64,000 bases of DNA from an uncultured Prevotella sp. (GCA_947170725.1 CAMVUM010000008.1:7466-71465); one strand, 5' to 3'; positions 9,729 through 19,015 are shown, counted from the stretch's first letter. Made by a program: numbers and translations. The notes: generated from the sequence alone by a model not told the origin.

Positions 9729-9791
9729 TGTTTTTCATAGTATTAGATTTAAGGTTAACAAAGATTGGAGTACAGCGGTACTCCTTTTTTT
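9729..9791 (+). ncRNA. Candidate small RNA of about 60 nt (promoter box to terminator), unclassified
   Basis: The -7 box at 9716-9723 is followed by an AU-rich stretch, then a GGAGTAC-agcg-GTACTCC hairpin plus T8. There is no ORF on this strand. Confidence 0.3.
9767..9791 (+). terminator. Intrinsic terminator (7-bp stem, tetraloop, T8) with no upstream gene
   Basis: GGAGTACAGCGGTACTCC followed by TTTTTTTT. The nearest plus-strand gene ends 1.3 kb upstream. Confidence 0.55.
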
Positions 9792-9950
9792 ATGTCTATA
9801 GGTAGTGGTGTGTCTGTGTGTGTCAGGTGCATATCCTTTATGTCTTAAATGGTTTGTCGCGTCATCTTGGATAATGTTGGGCTGTGTCTTATACGACAAT
9901 CACCATGTGTTAGACAACACAACACTATGCCTTAAATAAAAAACTTCGGT

Positions 9951-10208
9951 TTATCGCTTCTTTTTTCCGAAGATGTTGCCGTATTGCTTGACGAGTTTCC
10001 TTGCAAGGATGAAAGCGTCAAAAGCTGTTATGCTTTTGCTCACAATGCTTGCTATCATCTCTCCGCGTGTGTTAGTTTTCTTTTCTGTGAAGAGATTTTC
10101 CCATAGTCCGGCGACGACTTCTCCTTTTCTTTGGATTTCTGTTTGGAGTTCCTCTTTTCGTATTTCAAGCTCTTCGAGGGAGTTGATAGTGTGTCTGTCG
10201 GTTTTCAT
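9951..10208 (-). CDS. Small coiled-coil protein of unknown function (third gene of the YtxH cluster)
   Basis: 85-aa ORF spaced 28 nt from the upstream gene. Charged helical N-terminus and basic tail. Confidence 0.55.
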   Translation of the reverse strand: MKTDRHTINSLEELEIRKEELQTEIQRKGEVVAGLWENLFTEKKTNTRGEMIASIVSKSITAFDAFILARKLVKQYGNIFGKKKR

Positions 10209-10236
10209 AAATGCCTTGTTATTTTTCTGTATGGGT

Positions 10237-10584
10237 CTATCCTAAAAGGGTCTTTGTCATGAACCGTACGAGTGGACGCTCAATCCACGCCTTTCTGAAA
10301 GCGAAAATGACGCATAACAAAAGCAGGAAGAATGCGGCCACTATGGCAAAGGCACAGGCAGTACCCGTGTGTGGGGCCATCCAATAGACTGTGGCGAAAG
10401 AAAGATAGAAGAGAATGGCTATCATCAGTATGAAAAAGATGATGGTCAGTGTGAGTGCCGTTACGAGGCGCACCAGTTTGTCAATTACATCGAACTTCAG
10501 ATAGTCTTTCTGAAGTTCGATGTAATCCTTGAGCACAATTATGAATTGTGCCAATGATTCTACGTTTTTGTCGCTTGATAACAT
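10237..10584 (-). CDS. Holin-X-like / phage-holin-family membrane protein
   Basis: 115 aa. Amphipathic N-terminus followed by two long hydrophobic helices (LVTALTLTIIFFILMIAILFYL, ACAFAIVAAFFLLLLCVIFAF). Confidence 0.7.
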   Translation of the reverse strand: MLSSDKNVESLAQFIIVLKDYIELQKDYLKFDVIDKLVRLVTALTLTIIFFILMIAILFYLSFATVYWMAPHTGTACAFAIVAAFFLLLLCVIFAFRKAWIERPLVRFMTKTLLG

Positions 10585-10632
10585 AAATTCTCAACTGTGT
10601 CCGGCGTGCTGTTGTCACGCCGGAACTGTGGT

Positions 10633-10851
10633 TCAGATGGAGGGAGTGGCCTCTTCGATGTTGTCAATGAGATCGCCCACTTCCTTGCGTGACAATTTAA
10701 TGTTGTGTTTCTTGAGGAAGTCATCTACTGCGTCTGTGATTTTCTCGCGTGTGTCCTTTCCCTTCTCAGGAGCGAGCAGCAGGCCTACCACTGTTCCGGC
10801 GAGTGCTCCGCCGAGGAATGCTCCGATGTAACCTAAACTTTTCATAAGCAT
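10633..10851 (-). CDS. YtxH domain-containing protein
   Basis: N-terminal helix GAFLGGALAGTVVGLLLAPEKGKDTREKI is the YtxH signature. Start placed at ATG 10851 because the ORF-track start lies inside the -7 box. Confidence 0.75.
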   Translation of the reverse strand: MLMKSLGYIGAFLGGALAGTVVGLLLAPEKGKDTREKITDAVDDFLKKHNIKLSRKEVGDLIDNIEEATPSI

Positions 10852-10887
10852 TTGAATCTTTAATGGTGAAACAATAGTTTTGATTCG

Positions 10888-10895
10888 CAAATGTA
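10888..10895 (-). promoter_or_regulatory. -7 promoter box (TACATTTG) for the YtxH cluster
   Basis: Exact TAnnTTTG on the minus strand, 37 nt upstream of ATG 10851. Confidence 0.45.
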
Positions 10896-11077
10896 CGAAA
10901 CTTATTCTGAATGGTGGTCAAAGAGACTATTGTTTTTTGTTAAAACGTCGGTATTTTCCTTATTTAACAAACTTTATGCACGATGATGCGCTGGTTTCGG
11001 ATGATATTTTGTAACTTCGCACAAATATTTTTTGTAAGAAAGTAATCTAAGTTTAATTATTAAATAAGGTATTCAAG

Positions 11078-11572
11078 ATGAAGAAATACATGGTGTTATG
11101 TGCTGGACTGTGTGCGGCCGTAGCTTTTACGGGCTGTAAGTCGAGTGAGAGTGCTTATAAGAAGGCCTATGAGAAGGCCAAGGCTCAGGAAACGGCCCAG
11201 CAGACAGTCGAGCCTGCTCAGCAGGAGACCAACGTGGTCACTCCGCTTGTAGAGAAGCCCGCTACGGAGACTCAGGTTCTTGACCATACGGACAATGTTC
11301 AGGTTCGCCAGGAGAACGTTTCTCTTGTCAACGGTTCCGGTCTAAAGGTCTATAGCGTGGTTGTTGGCTCATTCTCGCTGATAGCTAATGCGGAGGGACT
11401 TCAGCAGACCTTGCGCAACGGTGGATACGACGCTCAGATTGTGAAGAACGAGAACCGTAATATGTACCGTGTTGTTGCAGCAACATTCGACAGTAAGGCT
11501 GATGCCGCTGCAAGCCGCAATGAATTCCGCACGAAATATCCCGACGCATGGCTGCTCTTTAGCGGTCGTTGA
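11078..11572 (+). CDS. SPOR domain-containing lipoprotein
   Basis: Lipobox AFTGC. C-terminal approx. 75-aa SPOR-like repeat (YSVVVGSF...YRVVAATFDSKADAAASRNEFRTKYPDAWLL). Confidence 0.8.
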   Translation: MKKYMVLCAGLCAAVAFTGCKSSESAYKKAYEKAKAQETAQQTVEPAQQETNVVTPLVEKPATETQVLDHTDNVQVRQENVSLVNGSGLKVYSVVVGSFSLIANAEGLQQTLRNGGYDAQIVKNENRNMYRVVAATFDSKADAAASRNEFRTKYPDAWLLFSGR

Positions 11573-11596
11573 AATGGACGAAATATTAATTGGAAC

Positions 11597-12019
11597 GTGG
11601 CTCGAATACTTTCGATAGACTACGGCAAGAAGCGTACAGGATTGGCAGTCACCGACCCTCTTCAGATTATAGCAGGAGGGTTGGCGACTGTCCCTACATC
11701 CGGTCTGATGGCTTTTCTCAAGGAATATGTTGCCCGTGAAAGTGTGGAACGCATAGTTATTGGTGAGCCGCGTCAGCCCGACGGACGTCCGAGCGAAAAT
11801 CTGGATCGCGTGAGACAGTTTGTTGCCCGGTTGCGGAAAGAGATTCCGCAGGTGCCGGTCGACTATTATGACGAACGCTTCACTTCGGTATTGGCCCATA
11901 AGGCTATGATTGACGGAGGCTTGGGGCGGAAGGCACGGCAGAACAAGGAGCTGGTGGACGAAATCAGCGCAACCATAATTTTGCAGGACTATATGCGGGC
12001 CCATCCGCACAAATCGTAG
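11597..12019 (+). CDS. ruvX: Holliday junction resolvase RuvX (YqgF)
   Basis: N-terminus ILSIDYGKKRTGLAVTD matches the YqgF/RuvX family. GTG start. Confidence 0.9.
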   Translation: MARILSIDYGKKRTGLAVTDPLQIIAGGLATVPTSGLMAFLKEYVARESVERIVIGEPRQPDGRPSENLDRVRQFVARLRKEIPQVPVDYYDERFTSVLAHKAMIDGGLGRKARQNKELVDEISATIILQDYMRAHPHKS

Positions 12020-12209
12020 CTTTGAAAGAAGACATGCGTGACGGCTGCCTTTATGGTTTGAGCGTTCTGTGGGAGACATATATTAATCAATACAGTTTAA
12101 ATCAATAAAAACCATTCCGTAGTGAAAGGACACAGTCACGGGTATATGACCGATGGGTTGTTGCCTGTGGAGTTGTTCACTTCAGTCCGGAGTGGGATTG
12201 TTTCATATA

Positions 12210-12773
12210 ATGATATTACCTATTTATATATACGGTCAGCCTGTTTTGCGTAAGGTGACTGAGGATATTCCTACGGACTATCCGAATCTGAACGAGTTGA
12301 TACGTGACATGTTTGAAACACTGACAGAGTCGGAGGGCGTAGGACTTGCTGCTCCGCAGATCGGCAAGGCCATCCGTGTGGTGGTGATTGATCTTGACGT
12401 CTTGTCGGACGACCTGCCGGAATACAAGGATTTCCGCCGGGCATACATCAACCCCCATATCGTGGAATATGACGATACGGAGATGGAAGCGATGGAGGAG
12501 GGCTGTCTCAGCCTGCCGGCCATACATGAGAAAGTGACGCGCCCGACGCGCATACGTGTGAGCTATCTCGATGCCGACCTACAGCCCCATGATGAATGGG
12601 TGGACGGCTATTTGGCCCGCGTGATGCAGCATGAGTTTGACCATCTGGACGGCAAGATGTTCATAGACCGCATTTCCCCGTTGCGCAAACAGCTCATCAA
12701 AAACAAGCTGCGCGCACTGCTCCAAGGCCGCTACCGCTGCGGATACAAGACCAAGGCGGCGGTGAAGAAGTAG
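12210..12773 (+). CDS. def: Peptide deformylase
   Basis: All three PDF motifs are present: GVGLAAPQIG, EGCLS, HEFDHL. Confidence 0.93.
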   Translation: MILPIYIYGQPVLRKVTEDIPTDYPNLNELIRDMFETLTESEGVGLAAPQIGKAIRVVVIDLDVLSDDLPEYKDFRRAYINPHIVEYDDTEMEAMEEGCLSLPAIHEKVTRPTRIRVSYLDADLQPHDEWVDGYLARVMQHEFDHLDGKMFIDRISPLRKQLIKNKLRALLQGRYRCGYKTKAAVKK

Positions 12774-12791
12774 GATTGTTGGCGCATTTTT

Positions 12792-12947
12792 TTAGTGAAG
12801 AGGTATGAGTGCAGAGTGTAGAGGTATGAGTGCCTTTTAGTGCTGCTTTGAACGCAGAATAATGAAAAAGGATTGACTTTTATATATCGAATATACACAC
12901 TGACATTCAGAATCCATCTCTGAAAGGTAAGCATACCTCTTCACTAA
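12792..12947. repeat. 156-bp element bounded by 16-bp perfect inverted repeats
   Basis: TTAGTGAAGAGGTATG (12792-12807) pairs with CATACCTCTTCACTAA (12932-12947). The left arm core AGAGGTATGAGTGC is duplicated 21 nt downstream. Confidence 0.5.
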
Positions 12948-12981
12948 TCACTCTGATGACCTCTAACTTCATAAATAGCTT

Positions 12982-14943
12982 ATGCGTAAAAGGATTGTTT
13001 TCTTCATTTCATTGATTCTGCCGCTTGTTGCTAAGGCACAGTTCAATACCGACAGGCTGGTGACGATAGGGCGTAGTGCGCTCTATTTTGAAGACTATGT
13101 CCTTTCTATGCAATATTTCAATCAGGCAATCAGTGCAAAGCCATATCTGTATGAGCCATGGTTCTACAGGGCCGTGGCAAAATATTATCTTGATGATTTT
13201 TCCGGAGCGGAGAGCGATTGCTCGGAGGCCATAGAGCGCAATCCGTATGTTGTCGGACTTTATGAATTGCGCGGTCTGTCGCGCATCAGGCAGGAGAAAT
13301 ATGACGATGCCATTGAGGACTATGTGCAGGCGTTGAAGTATGATCCGGAGAACCGTATGCTATGGCATAACCGTGTGCTCTGCCGCATACAGAAGAAAGA
13401 CTATGACGCGGCTTTGGCCGACATCGATACTGTGCTCACGCAATGGAGTACATACGCCCGCGGATATGCCATGAGGGCAGAGGTATATATGCAGCAGAAA
13501 GACACCGTGAAAGCCATTGAAGCTCTTGACAAGAGTCTGGAGCTGGACCCGTATGACGGCGGAGCATGGTCGGTGCGGGCCGTGATAAGTCTTTCGTCGG
13601 CCAAGTGGCAGGAGGCAGAGGAATATCTTGACAAAGCGATTCACCTCGTACCGAAACAATCGGGCAATTATATCAACCGCGCTCTGGCCCGTGTCAACCG
13701 GAACAATCTGCGTGGAGCCATGGCTGACTATGATACGGCGCTGGATTTGGACCCGAATAATTTCCTTGGACATTACAACCGCGGTTTGCTCCGTGCTCAG
13801 GTGGGCGACGACAACCGTGCCATAACGGACTTCGATTTCGTTCTCGGCCTTGAACCGGACAACATGATGGCTCTGTTTAACCGTGCGCTGCTGCTCGACA
13901 AGACGGGCGACTTGCGCGGGGCAATACGTGACTACACAAAGGTGATAAAGGAGTTCCCGAACTTCTGGACAGGACTTCAGTATCGTGCGGCCTGCTACCG
14001 CCGCCTCGGAATGGTGAAGCAGGCGGAGGCCGACGAGTTCCGTGTCTACAAGGCACAGCTTTACAAGCATCTTTACGGAACGCAGCCTCGTCTCAACAAA
14101 GAGCAGTTGCGCAAGCGGAGTGACATCGATCCTGATAAATACAACCAGCTCGTGGTGGCTGACGAACAGGACGTGGAGCACGAATATGAGAGCGAGTACC
14201 GTGGACGTGTGCAGAATCATAAGGTTGACATGGCTTTCATGCCGATGTTTGAATTGTCATACGAACAGCATCGCACGGAGGTCAAACCGTATATGGCATA
14301 TGACAGGCAGGTGGACGCTTACAATCAGGAGATGCCTGTGGCAGACCATATATATATAAACTGCAATCCGGCGGTGCTCGACGAAAAGAAATCGGCCCGC
14401 TATTTCTCGTACATCGACAGCCTTTCAACAGTGCTTTCACGTGTCGGAACAACCGGCGCCGAAGCAGTACGGCCGTTAATAAACAGGGCCGTGGCATACT
14501 CGGTGACGCAGAATTTCGACAGTGCGATAGAGGATTTGACGGCATGTCTGCGTGCCGACAGTACAATGGCAATGGCCTATTGGCAGCGTGCTGTATGTCA
14601 GTGGAAGCAGAATGAGTTCAATGCTTCTCAGGGTGACGACATAACGCTGAAGTCGGATAAGGTCATTGACGATCTCACACAGGCCATACGGTTCAACGGA
14701 CAGTGCGCTTATCTATATTATAACCGTGGCAATATCTATGCTTCACGCAAGGATTATGACCGTGCAATAGACGAATATACCCGCGCCTTGGATATTGACC
14801 GCAATCTGGCCGAAGCCTACTACAACCGTGGTCTGGTCCGCTTGCTGAGCGACAAGACCGCAGAAGGCATAAGCGATCTTAGCAAGGCCGGTGAACTGGG
14901 GTTGTATATGGCATATAGTGTGATAAAGAGATACAGGAAGTGA
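12982..14943 (+). CDS. Tetratricopeptide repeat protein with signal peptide
   Basis: 653 aa. Signal peptide MRKRIVFFISLILPLVAKAQ. Repeated TPR consensus (AxxDYxxALxLDPxN) throughout. Confidence 0.85.
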   Translation: MRKRIVFFISLILPLVAKAQFNTDRLVTIGRSALYFEDYVLSMQYFNQAISAKPYLYEPWFYRAVAKYYLDDFSGAESDCSEAIERNPYVVGLYELRGLSRIRQEKYDDAIEDYVQALKYDPENRMLWHNRVLCRIQKKDYDAALADIDTVLTQWSTYARGYAMRAEVYMQQKDTVKAIEALDKSLELDPYDGGAWSVRAVISLSSAKWQEAEEYLDKAIHLVPKQSGNYINRALARVNRNNLRGAMADYDTALDLDPNNFLGHYNRGLLRAQVGDDNRAITDFDFVLGLEPDNMMALFNRALLLDKTGDLRGAIRDYTKVIKEFPNFWTGLQYRAACYRRLGMVKQAEADEFRVYKAQLYKHLYGTQPRLNKEQLRKRSDIDPDKYNQLVVADEQDVEHEYESEYRGRVQNHKVDMAFMPMFELSYEQHRTEVKPYMAYDRQVDAYNQEMPVADHIYINCNPAVLDEKKSARYFSYIDSLSTVLSRVGTTGAEAVRPLINRAVAYSVTQNFDSAIEDLTACLRADSTMAMAYWQRAVCQWKQNEFNASQGDDITLKSDKVIDDLTQAIRFNGQCAYLYYNRGNIYASRKDYDRAIDEYTRALDIDRNLAEAYYNRGLVRLLSDKTAEGISDLSKAGELGLYMAYSVIKRYRK

Positions 14944-15048
14944 CACGGCGGGGCGGGGCATGGATGACGTGCTCGCCGCGACATTTGAACGTGGAGTACA
15001 GGGCTGTGTCAGAGCGTAACGATAACAGTGAAAAAACCGACGGTGACA

Positions 15049-16179
15049 ATGAATAACAGAATAGGAATGGAAAACAAATCTCCGTTGCGGCTGGCCATAG
15101 TGGTGCCGTGCTATAAGGAGGAAAAGGTTCTCATGGAAACGACGCGCCGTCTGACGGACATCATCATGTCGTTGGCGGATGAGGGGCGTATATCTGCAGA
15201 CAGCTATATCCTTTATGTCAATGACGGAAGTAGCGACGGGACGTGGCCGCTCATAGAAAGCCTTCATGAAACCAACGGTTTTGTCTGCGGAGTGAACCTC
15301 GCAGGCAATGTAGGCCATCAGAATGCACTTGTTGCCGGATTGACCGTAGCCGTTGAGCGATGTGATGTCACTGTTACGATAGACGCCGATCTACAGGACG
15401 ATGTCAATGCCATACGTGAGATGTTGCAGCGTTATGAGGATGGTTGCGACATTGTTTACGGAGTGCGTGCCAGTCGTAAGAGCGACACATGGTTCAAGCG
15501 TTTCTCCGCCCAGACGTTCTATCGGCTTATGGCTGCAATGGGAGTGAAATCTGTCTATAACCATGCCGATTATCGGTTGATGAGCCGCCGCGCCGTGAAG
15601 CATCTTCTCCGGTTTTCCGAACGCAATATATTCCTGCGCGGCATAGTCCCTCTTGTCGGCTACCGCACAGACAGTGTATATTATGACCGTACCGAGCGTT
15701 TTGCCGGAGAAAGCAAATATCCGCTTAAGAAAATGCTGGCCTTTGCCTTCGACGGCATCACCAGTTTCTCTTCATATCCGGTACATCTTGTTCTGTATCT
15801 CGGTGTAATATTCATATTTATTGCCTTTTGCATACTCGTGTGGATTCTCTATACATACGTTTCCGGGCATGCCGTACAAGGCTGGTCGTCACTGATGCTT
15901 TCGTTGTGGTTCTGTTCCGGCTGCGTGCTCATTGGGCTTGGAATAGTTGGGGAGTATGTCGGTAAGATATATATAGAAGTGAAGGGACGACCACGGTTCA
16001 ACATTGAGCGTGTGCTGATTCATGGAGGAAAGGCTGACGGTAATCCGGAGGAAGAATCAATTGTGAACGGCAAGGGTAAAATGCAGTCTTCTGAGGACTC
16101 TCCGAAGGCTTCAGATGTTTCTCCGAAAGATTCTGATGTCTTTCCAAAAGATTCTGATGTCTTTCCAAAAGATTTCTGA
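15049..16179 (+). CDS. GT2 polyprenyl-phosphate glycosyltransferase (GtrB/ArnC-like) with a repetitive C-terminal tail
   Basis: GT-A motifs VVPCYKEE, DGSSDGT, DADLQDD. Two C-terminal TM helices as in GtrB/DPM1-type enzymes. An alternative GTG start lies at 15028. Confidence 0.85.
   Translation: MNNRIGMENKSPLRLAIVVPCYKEEKVLMETTRRLTDIIMSLADEGRISADSYILYVNDGSSDGTWPLIESLHETNGFVCGVNLAGNVGHQNALVAGLTVAVERCDVTVTIDADLQDDVNAIREMLQRYEDGCDIVYGVRASRKSDTWFKRFSAQTFYRLMAAMGVKSVYNHADYRLMSRRAVKHLLRFSERNIFLRGIVPLVGYRTDSVYYDRTERFAGESKYPLKKMLAFAFDGITSFSSYPVHLVLYLGVIFIFIAFCILVWILYTYVSGHAVQGWSSLMLSLWFCSGCVLIGLGIVGEYVGKIYIEVKGRPRFNIERVLIHGGKADGNPEEESIVNGKGKMQSSEDSPKASDVSPKDSDVFPKDSDVFPKDF
16099..16179 (+). repeat. 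In-frame 21-bp tandem repeat (3.9 units) encoding [SF]PKDSDV at the 3' end of the GT2 gene
   Basis: Units at 16099, 16120, 16141 and 16162. Units 3 and 4 are identical until a single extra T in unit 4 creates the TGA stop. Confidence 0.9.
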
Positions 16180-16180
16180 T

Positions 16181-16807
16181 ATGAAAAGACAGGTGTTTGG
16201 AATGAGAATATTAGCCCTTGCGATGTTGTTGTTCGGTGGCAGTTCGATGGTTGCGGCCCAGTTGTCCACCGCCAAGAAACTTGTTTCGATGGCAATACCC
16301 AATTCCGGATTGGAGGAAATACATGGGGAAGTGTTAGAGTTGTGTGAGGTGGTGAGGAGTGATGTTGAGGCTCTTGACATCATGTCGAAAGGTTTACCGC
16401 TGTTGGAGGACAGTGTAGGAGTATTGACAAAGCGTGCCGCTGCCTGTGGAATAACGCTTGACGTACAGCTCGGAACGATGCCTTCGCTGCCGGACACGGC
16501 TGCCGTCAGAACACAGTTCAATGAGGAAAAATATCAGAAACTCAGCAAAATAAAGAAAACTTCTTATCTGTTCAAGACTCACAAGGCATTACGGGCCGAG
16601 CATGAGGACTATTCTTTTACGATTAGCAGAGTCGATGCCAAGCTAAAAGAGATATTCGGTTTTCTTGATGAGACAAGCGTAAATATAAGACAGCAGGAGC
16701 TCCGCACAGGCAGCACCAATCCCGCCGTCAACTGGATGAATGCTGCCGACAGGCATACAGTAGAGCTTTTGAGGAATAATGTCAATGAGAGGAAAGAACG
16801 TCAATAA
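16181..16807 (+). CDS. Secreted protein of unknown function
   Basis: Signal peptide MKRQVFGMRILALAMLLFGGSSMVAAQ. ATG lies 1 nt after the GT2 stop. No recognisable motif. Confidence 0.6.
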   Translation: MKRQVFGMRILALAMLLFGGSSMVAAQLSTAKKLVSMAIPNSGLEEIHGEVLELCEVVRSDVEALDIMSKGLPLLEDSVGVLTKRAAACGITLDVQLGTMPSLPDTAAVRTQFNEEKYQKLSKIKKTSYLFKTHKALRAEHEDYSFTISRVDAKLKEIFGFLDETSVNIRQQELRTGSTNPAVNWMNAADRHTVELLRNNVNERKERQ

Positions 16808-16895
16808 TGTTCCGAAGCATCATCATAATCCCTGTTTTTGTGAATGTTATGGCAAAAAAGCCCTTGAAATATGCCTGTGTTTTGATAAAAATACA

Positions 16896-16903
16896 TACCT
16901 TTG
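16896..16903 (+). promoter_or_regulatory. -7 promoter box (TACCTTTG) for thrS
   Basis: Exact TAnnTTTG, about 145 nt upstream of the thrS ATG. Confidence 0.45.
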
Positions 16904-17047
16904 CATGAGATAAGCCGCATCCGGTTAATTGGAAATTATATTTCCATTGAGCCCGGTTGCAATATCATTGTCGTCGGTTAAAGTTAAAACAAATGCCGAT
17001 TGAAATCGAAACAAATCTTGATTAAAACCAAAACATATATTGTAGAT

Positions 17048-19015
17048 ATGATTAACATTAAATTTCCTGACGGTTCTGTTCGCTCGTATGAGCAGGGCGT
17101 AACGGGATTGCAGATTGCCGAAAGCATATCACCGGCTTTGGCCCGCGACGTATTGGCCTGCGGAGTGAATGGTGAAACAGTAGAACTTAATCGTCCGATA
17201 AACGAGGACTCGACGATCGCGCTTTACAAGTGGGATGACGACGAGGGCCGCCATGCTTTCTGGCACACTTCGGCTCACTTGTTAGCAGAGGCGCTGCAGG
17301 AACTTTATCCCGGCATACAGTTCGGATTCGGTCCTGCCATCGAGAACGGATTCTTCTATGACGTGCTGCTTAAGGACGGCGAGTCAATCAAGGAATCAGA
17401 CTTCCCAAAGATTGAAGCCAAGATGAAAGAGCTGGCCGGAAAGAAAGAACCTGTCGTTCGCAAGGAAGTGGCCAAGGCCGACGCACTAGCCGAATTCGGT
17501 GCAGCCGGACAGACTTATAAGTGCGAACACATTGACCTGGACCTCGAGGACGGTACAATAACAACCTATACCCAGGGCGCTTTCACCGACCTTTGTCGTG
17601 GTCCGCACCTTCTGAACACGGGTGCAATCAAGGCCGTCAAACTTACAAGCGTAGCCGGAGCCTTCTGGCGTGGTGACGCAACGCGTGAGCAGATGCAGCG
17701 TCTTTACGGTATATCGTTCCCCAAGAAGAAGATGCTCGACGAATATCTCGTCATGATAGAGGAGGCCAAGAAGCGCGACCACCGCAAGATTGGCAAGGAA
17801 ATGGAACTCTTCATGTTCTCCGAGCGTGTCGGCAAGGGACTGCCCATCTGGCTGCCGAAGGGCACCGAGTTGCGTCTGCGCCTGCAGGACATGCTGCGCA
17901 AGATACAGAAGCGCTACGGCTATCAGGAGGTGATAACACCGCACATCGGTTCTAAGAATCTCTATGTCACCAGCGGTCACTATGCTCACTACGGCAAGGA
18001 TTCGTTCCAGCCGATACACACTCCCGAGGAAGGCGAGGAGTATATGCTCAAGCCGATGAACTGTCCTCACCACTGCGAGGTGTTCGCATGGAAGCCGCGC
18101 TCATATAAAGACCTGCCTCTGCGCATAGCAGAGTTCGGTACGGTTTATCGTTATGAGCAGAGTGGAGAACTCCACGGACTCACACGTGTACGTTCGTTCA
18201 CACAGGACGACGCCCATATCTTCTGCCGTCCCGACCAGGTCAAGAACGAATTTCTGCGCGTGATGGATATCATCCAGACCGTGTTCTCAACGTTCAATTT
18301 CTCCGACGATAACGTCGAAGTTCAGATTTCTCTGCGCGACCCCGACGATCATGAGAAGTATATCGGAAGCGACGAGGTTTGGGCTTCAGCCGAACAGGCC
18401 ATCATAGAGGCCTGCAAGGAGAAGGGATTGAAGGCAAAGGTAGAGTACGGAGAGGCTGCGTTCTACGGTCCGAAGCTCGACTTCATGGTGAAAGACGCTA
18501 TCGGCCGTCGCTGGCAGTTGGGTACCATTCAGGTGGACTACAACCTGCCGCAGCGCTTCAAGCTCGAATATACCGACGAGGACAACCAGAAGAAGGTTCC
18601 GGTGATGATTCACCGTGCGCCGTTCGGCTCAATGGAGCGCTTCTGTGCCGTGCTCATCGAGCACACTGCAGGCCACTTCCCGCTCTGGCTAACCCCCGAT
18701 CAGGTTGCGATTCTGCCCATTTCAGAGAAATATAACGACTATGCCGCCCGCGTGGCAGACGAACTTGACCTCGCCGGAGTGCGTGCCACAGTTGACAAGC
18801 GCAACGAGAAAATCGGCCGCAAGGTGCGTGACAACGAGCTTAAGCGAATCCCCTACATGGTCATTGTCGGCGAGAAGGAGCAGGCAGATGGCACTGTCAG
18901 CGTACGCAAGCAGGGTTCTGAGGAGCGCGGCGTAATGACTATTGCTGAGTTCGCAGCCAAGATTAACGGTGAGGTTGCCGAGCAACTGAAGGCTACGGAC
19001 ATTCGTCCGGAGTAA
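17048..19015 (+). CDS. thrS: Threonine--tRNA ligase
   Basis: TGS domain ([10 protein letters not shown]...), editing-domain motif HTSAHLL, class II core ([25 protein letters not shown]) and a C-terminal anticodon-binding domain. Confidence 0.95.
   Translation: MINIKFPDGSVRSYEQGVTGLQIAESISPALARDVLACGVNGETVELNRPINEDSTIALYKWDDDEGRHAFWHTSAHLLAEALQELYPGIQFGFGPAIENGFFYDVLLKDGESIKESDFPKIEAKMKELAGKKEPVVRKEVAKADALAEFGAAGQTYKCEHIDLDLEDGTITTYTQGAFTDLCRGPHLLNTGAIKAVKLTSVAGAFWRGDATREQMQRLYGISFPKKKMLDEYLVMIEEAKKRDHRKIGKEMELFMFSERVGKGLPIWLPKGTELRLRLQDMLRKIQKRYGYQEVITPHIGSKNLYVTSGHYAHYGKDSFQPIHTPEEGEEYMLKPMNCPHHCEVFAWKPRSYKDLPLRIAEFGTVYRYEQSGELHGLTRVRSFTQDDAHIFCRPDQVKNEFLRVMDIIQTVFSTFNFSDDNVEVQISLRDPDDHEKYIGSDEVWASAEQAIIEACKEKGLKAKVEYGEAAFYGPKLDFMVKDAIGRRWQLGTIQVDYNLPQRFKLEYTDEDNQKKVPVMIHRAPFGSMERFCAVLIEHTAGHFPLWLTPDQVAILPISEKYNDYAARVADELDLAGVRATVDKRNEKIGRKVRDNELKRIPYMVIVGEKEQADGTVSVRKQGSEERGVMTIAEFAAKINGEVAEQLKATDIRPE

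Noticed and set aside
11369-12079. 236-aa minus-strand ORF
   Set aside because: Antisense to the SPOR gene and ruvX, both of which have clear family signatures.
13360-14220. 286-aa minus-strand ORF
   Set aside because: Antisense to the TPR protein gene. No motifs.
16904-17047. thrS leader with three CGGTT motifs (16922, 16954, 16975), considered as tRNA-Thr anticodon mimics
   Set aside because: GGU is followed by U rather than the A37 expected for an anticodon-loop mimic. I could not draw convincing stem-loops presenting the motifs, and three 5-mers in 140 nt can occur by chance.
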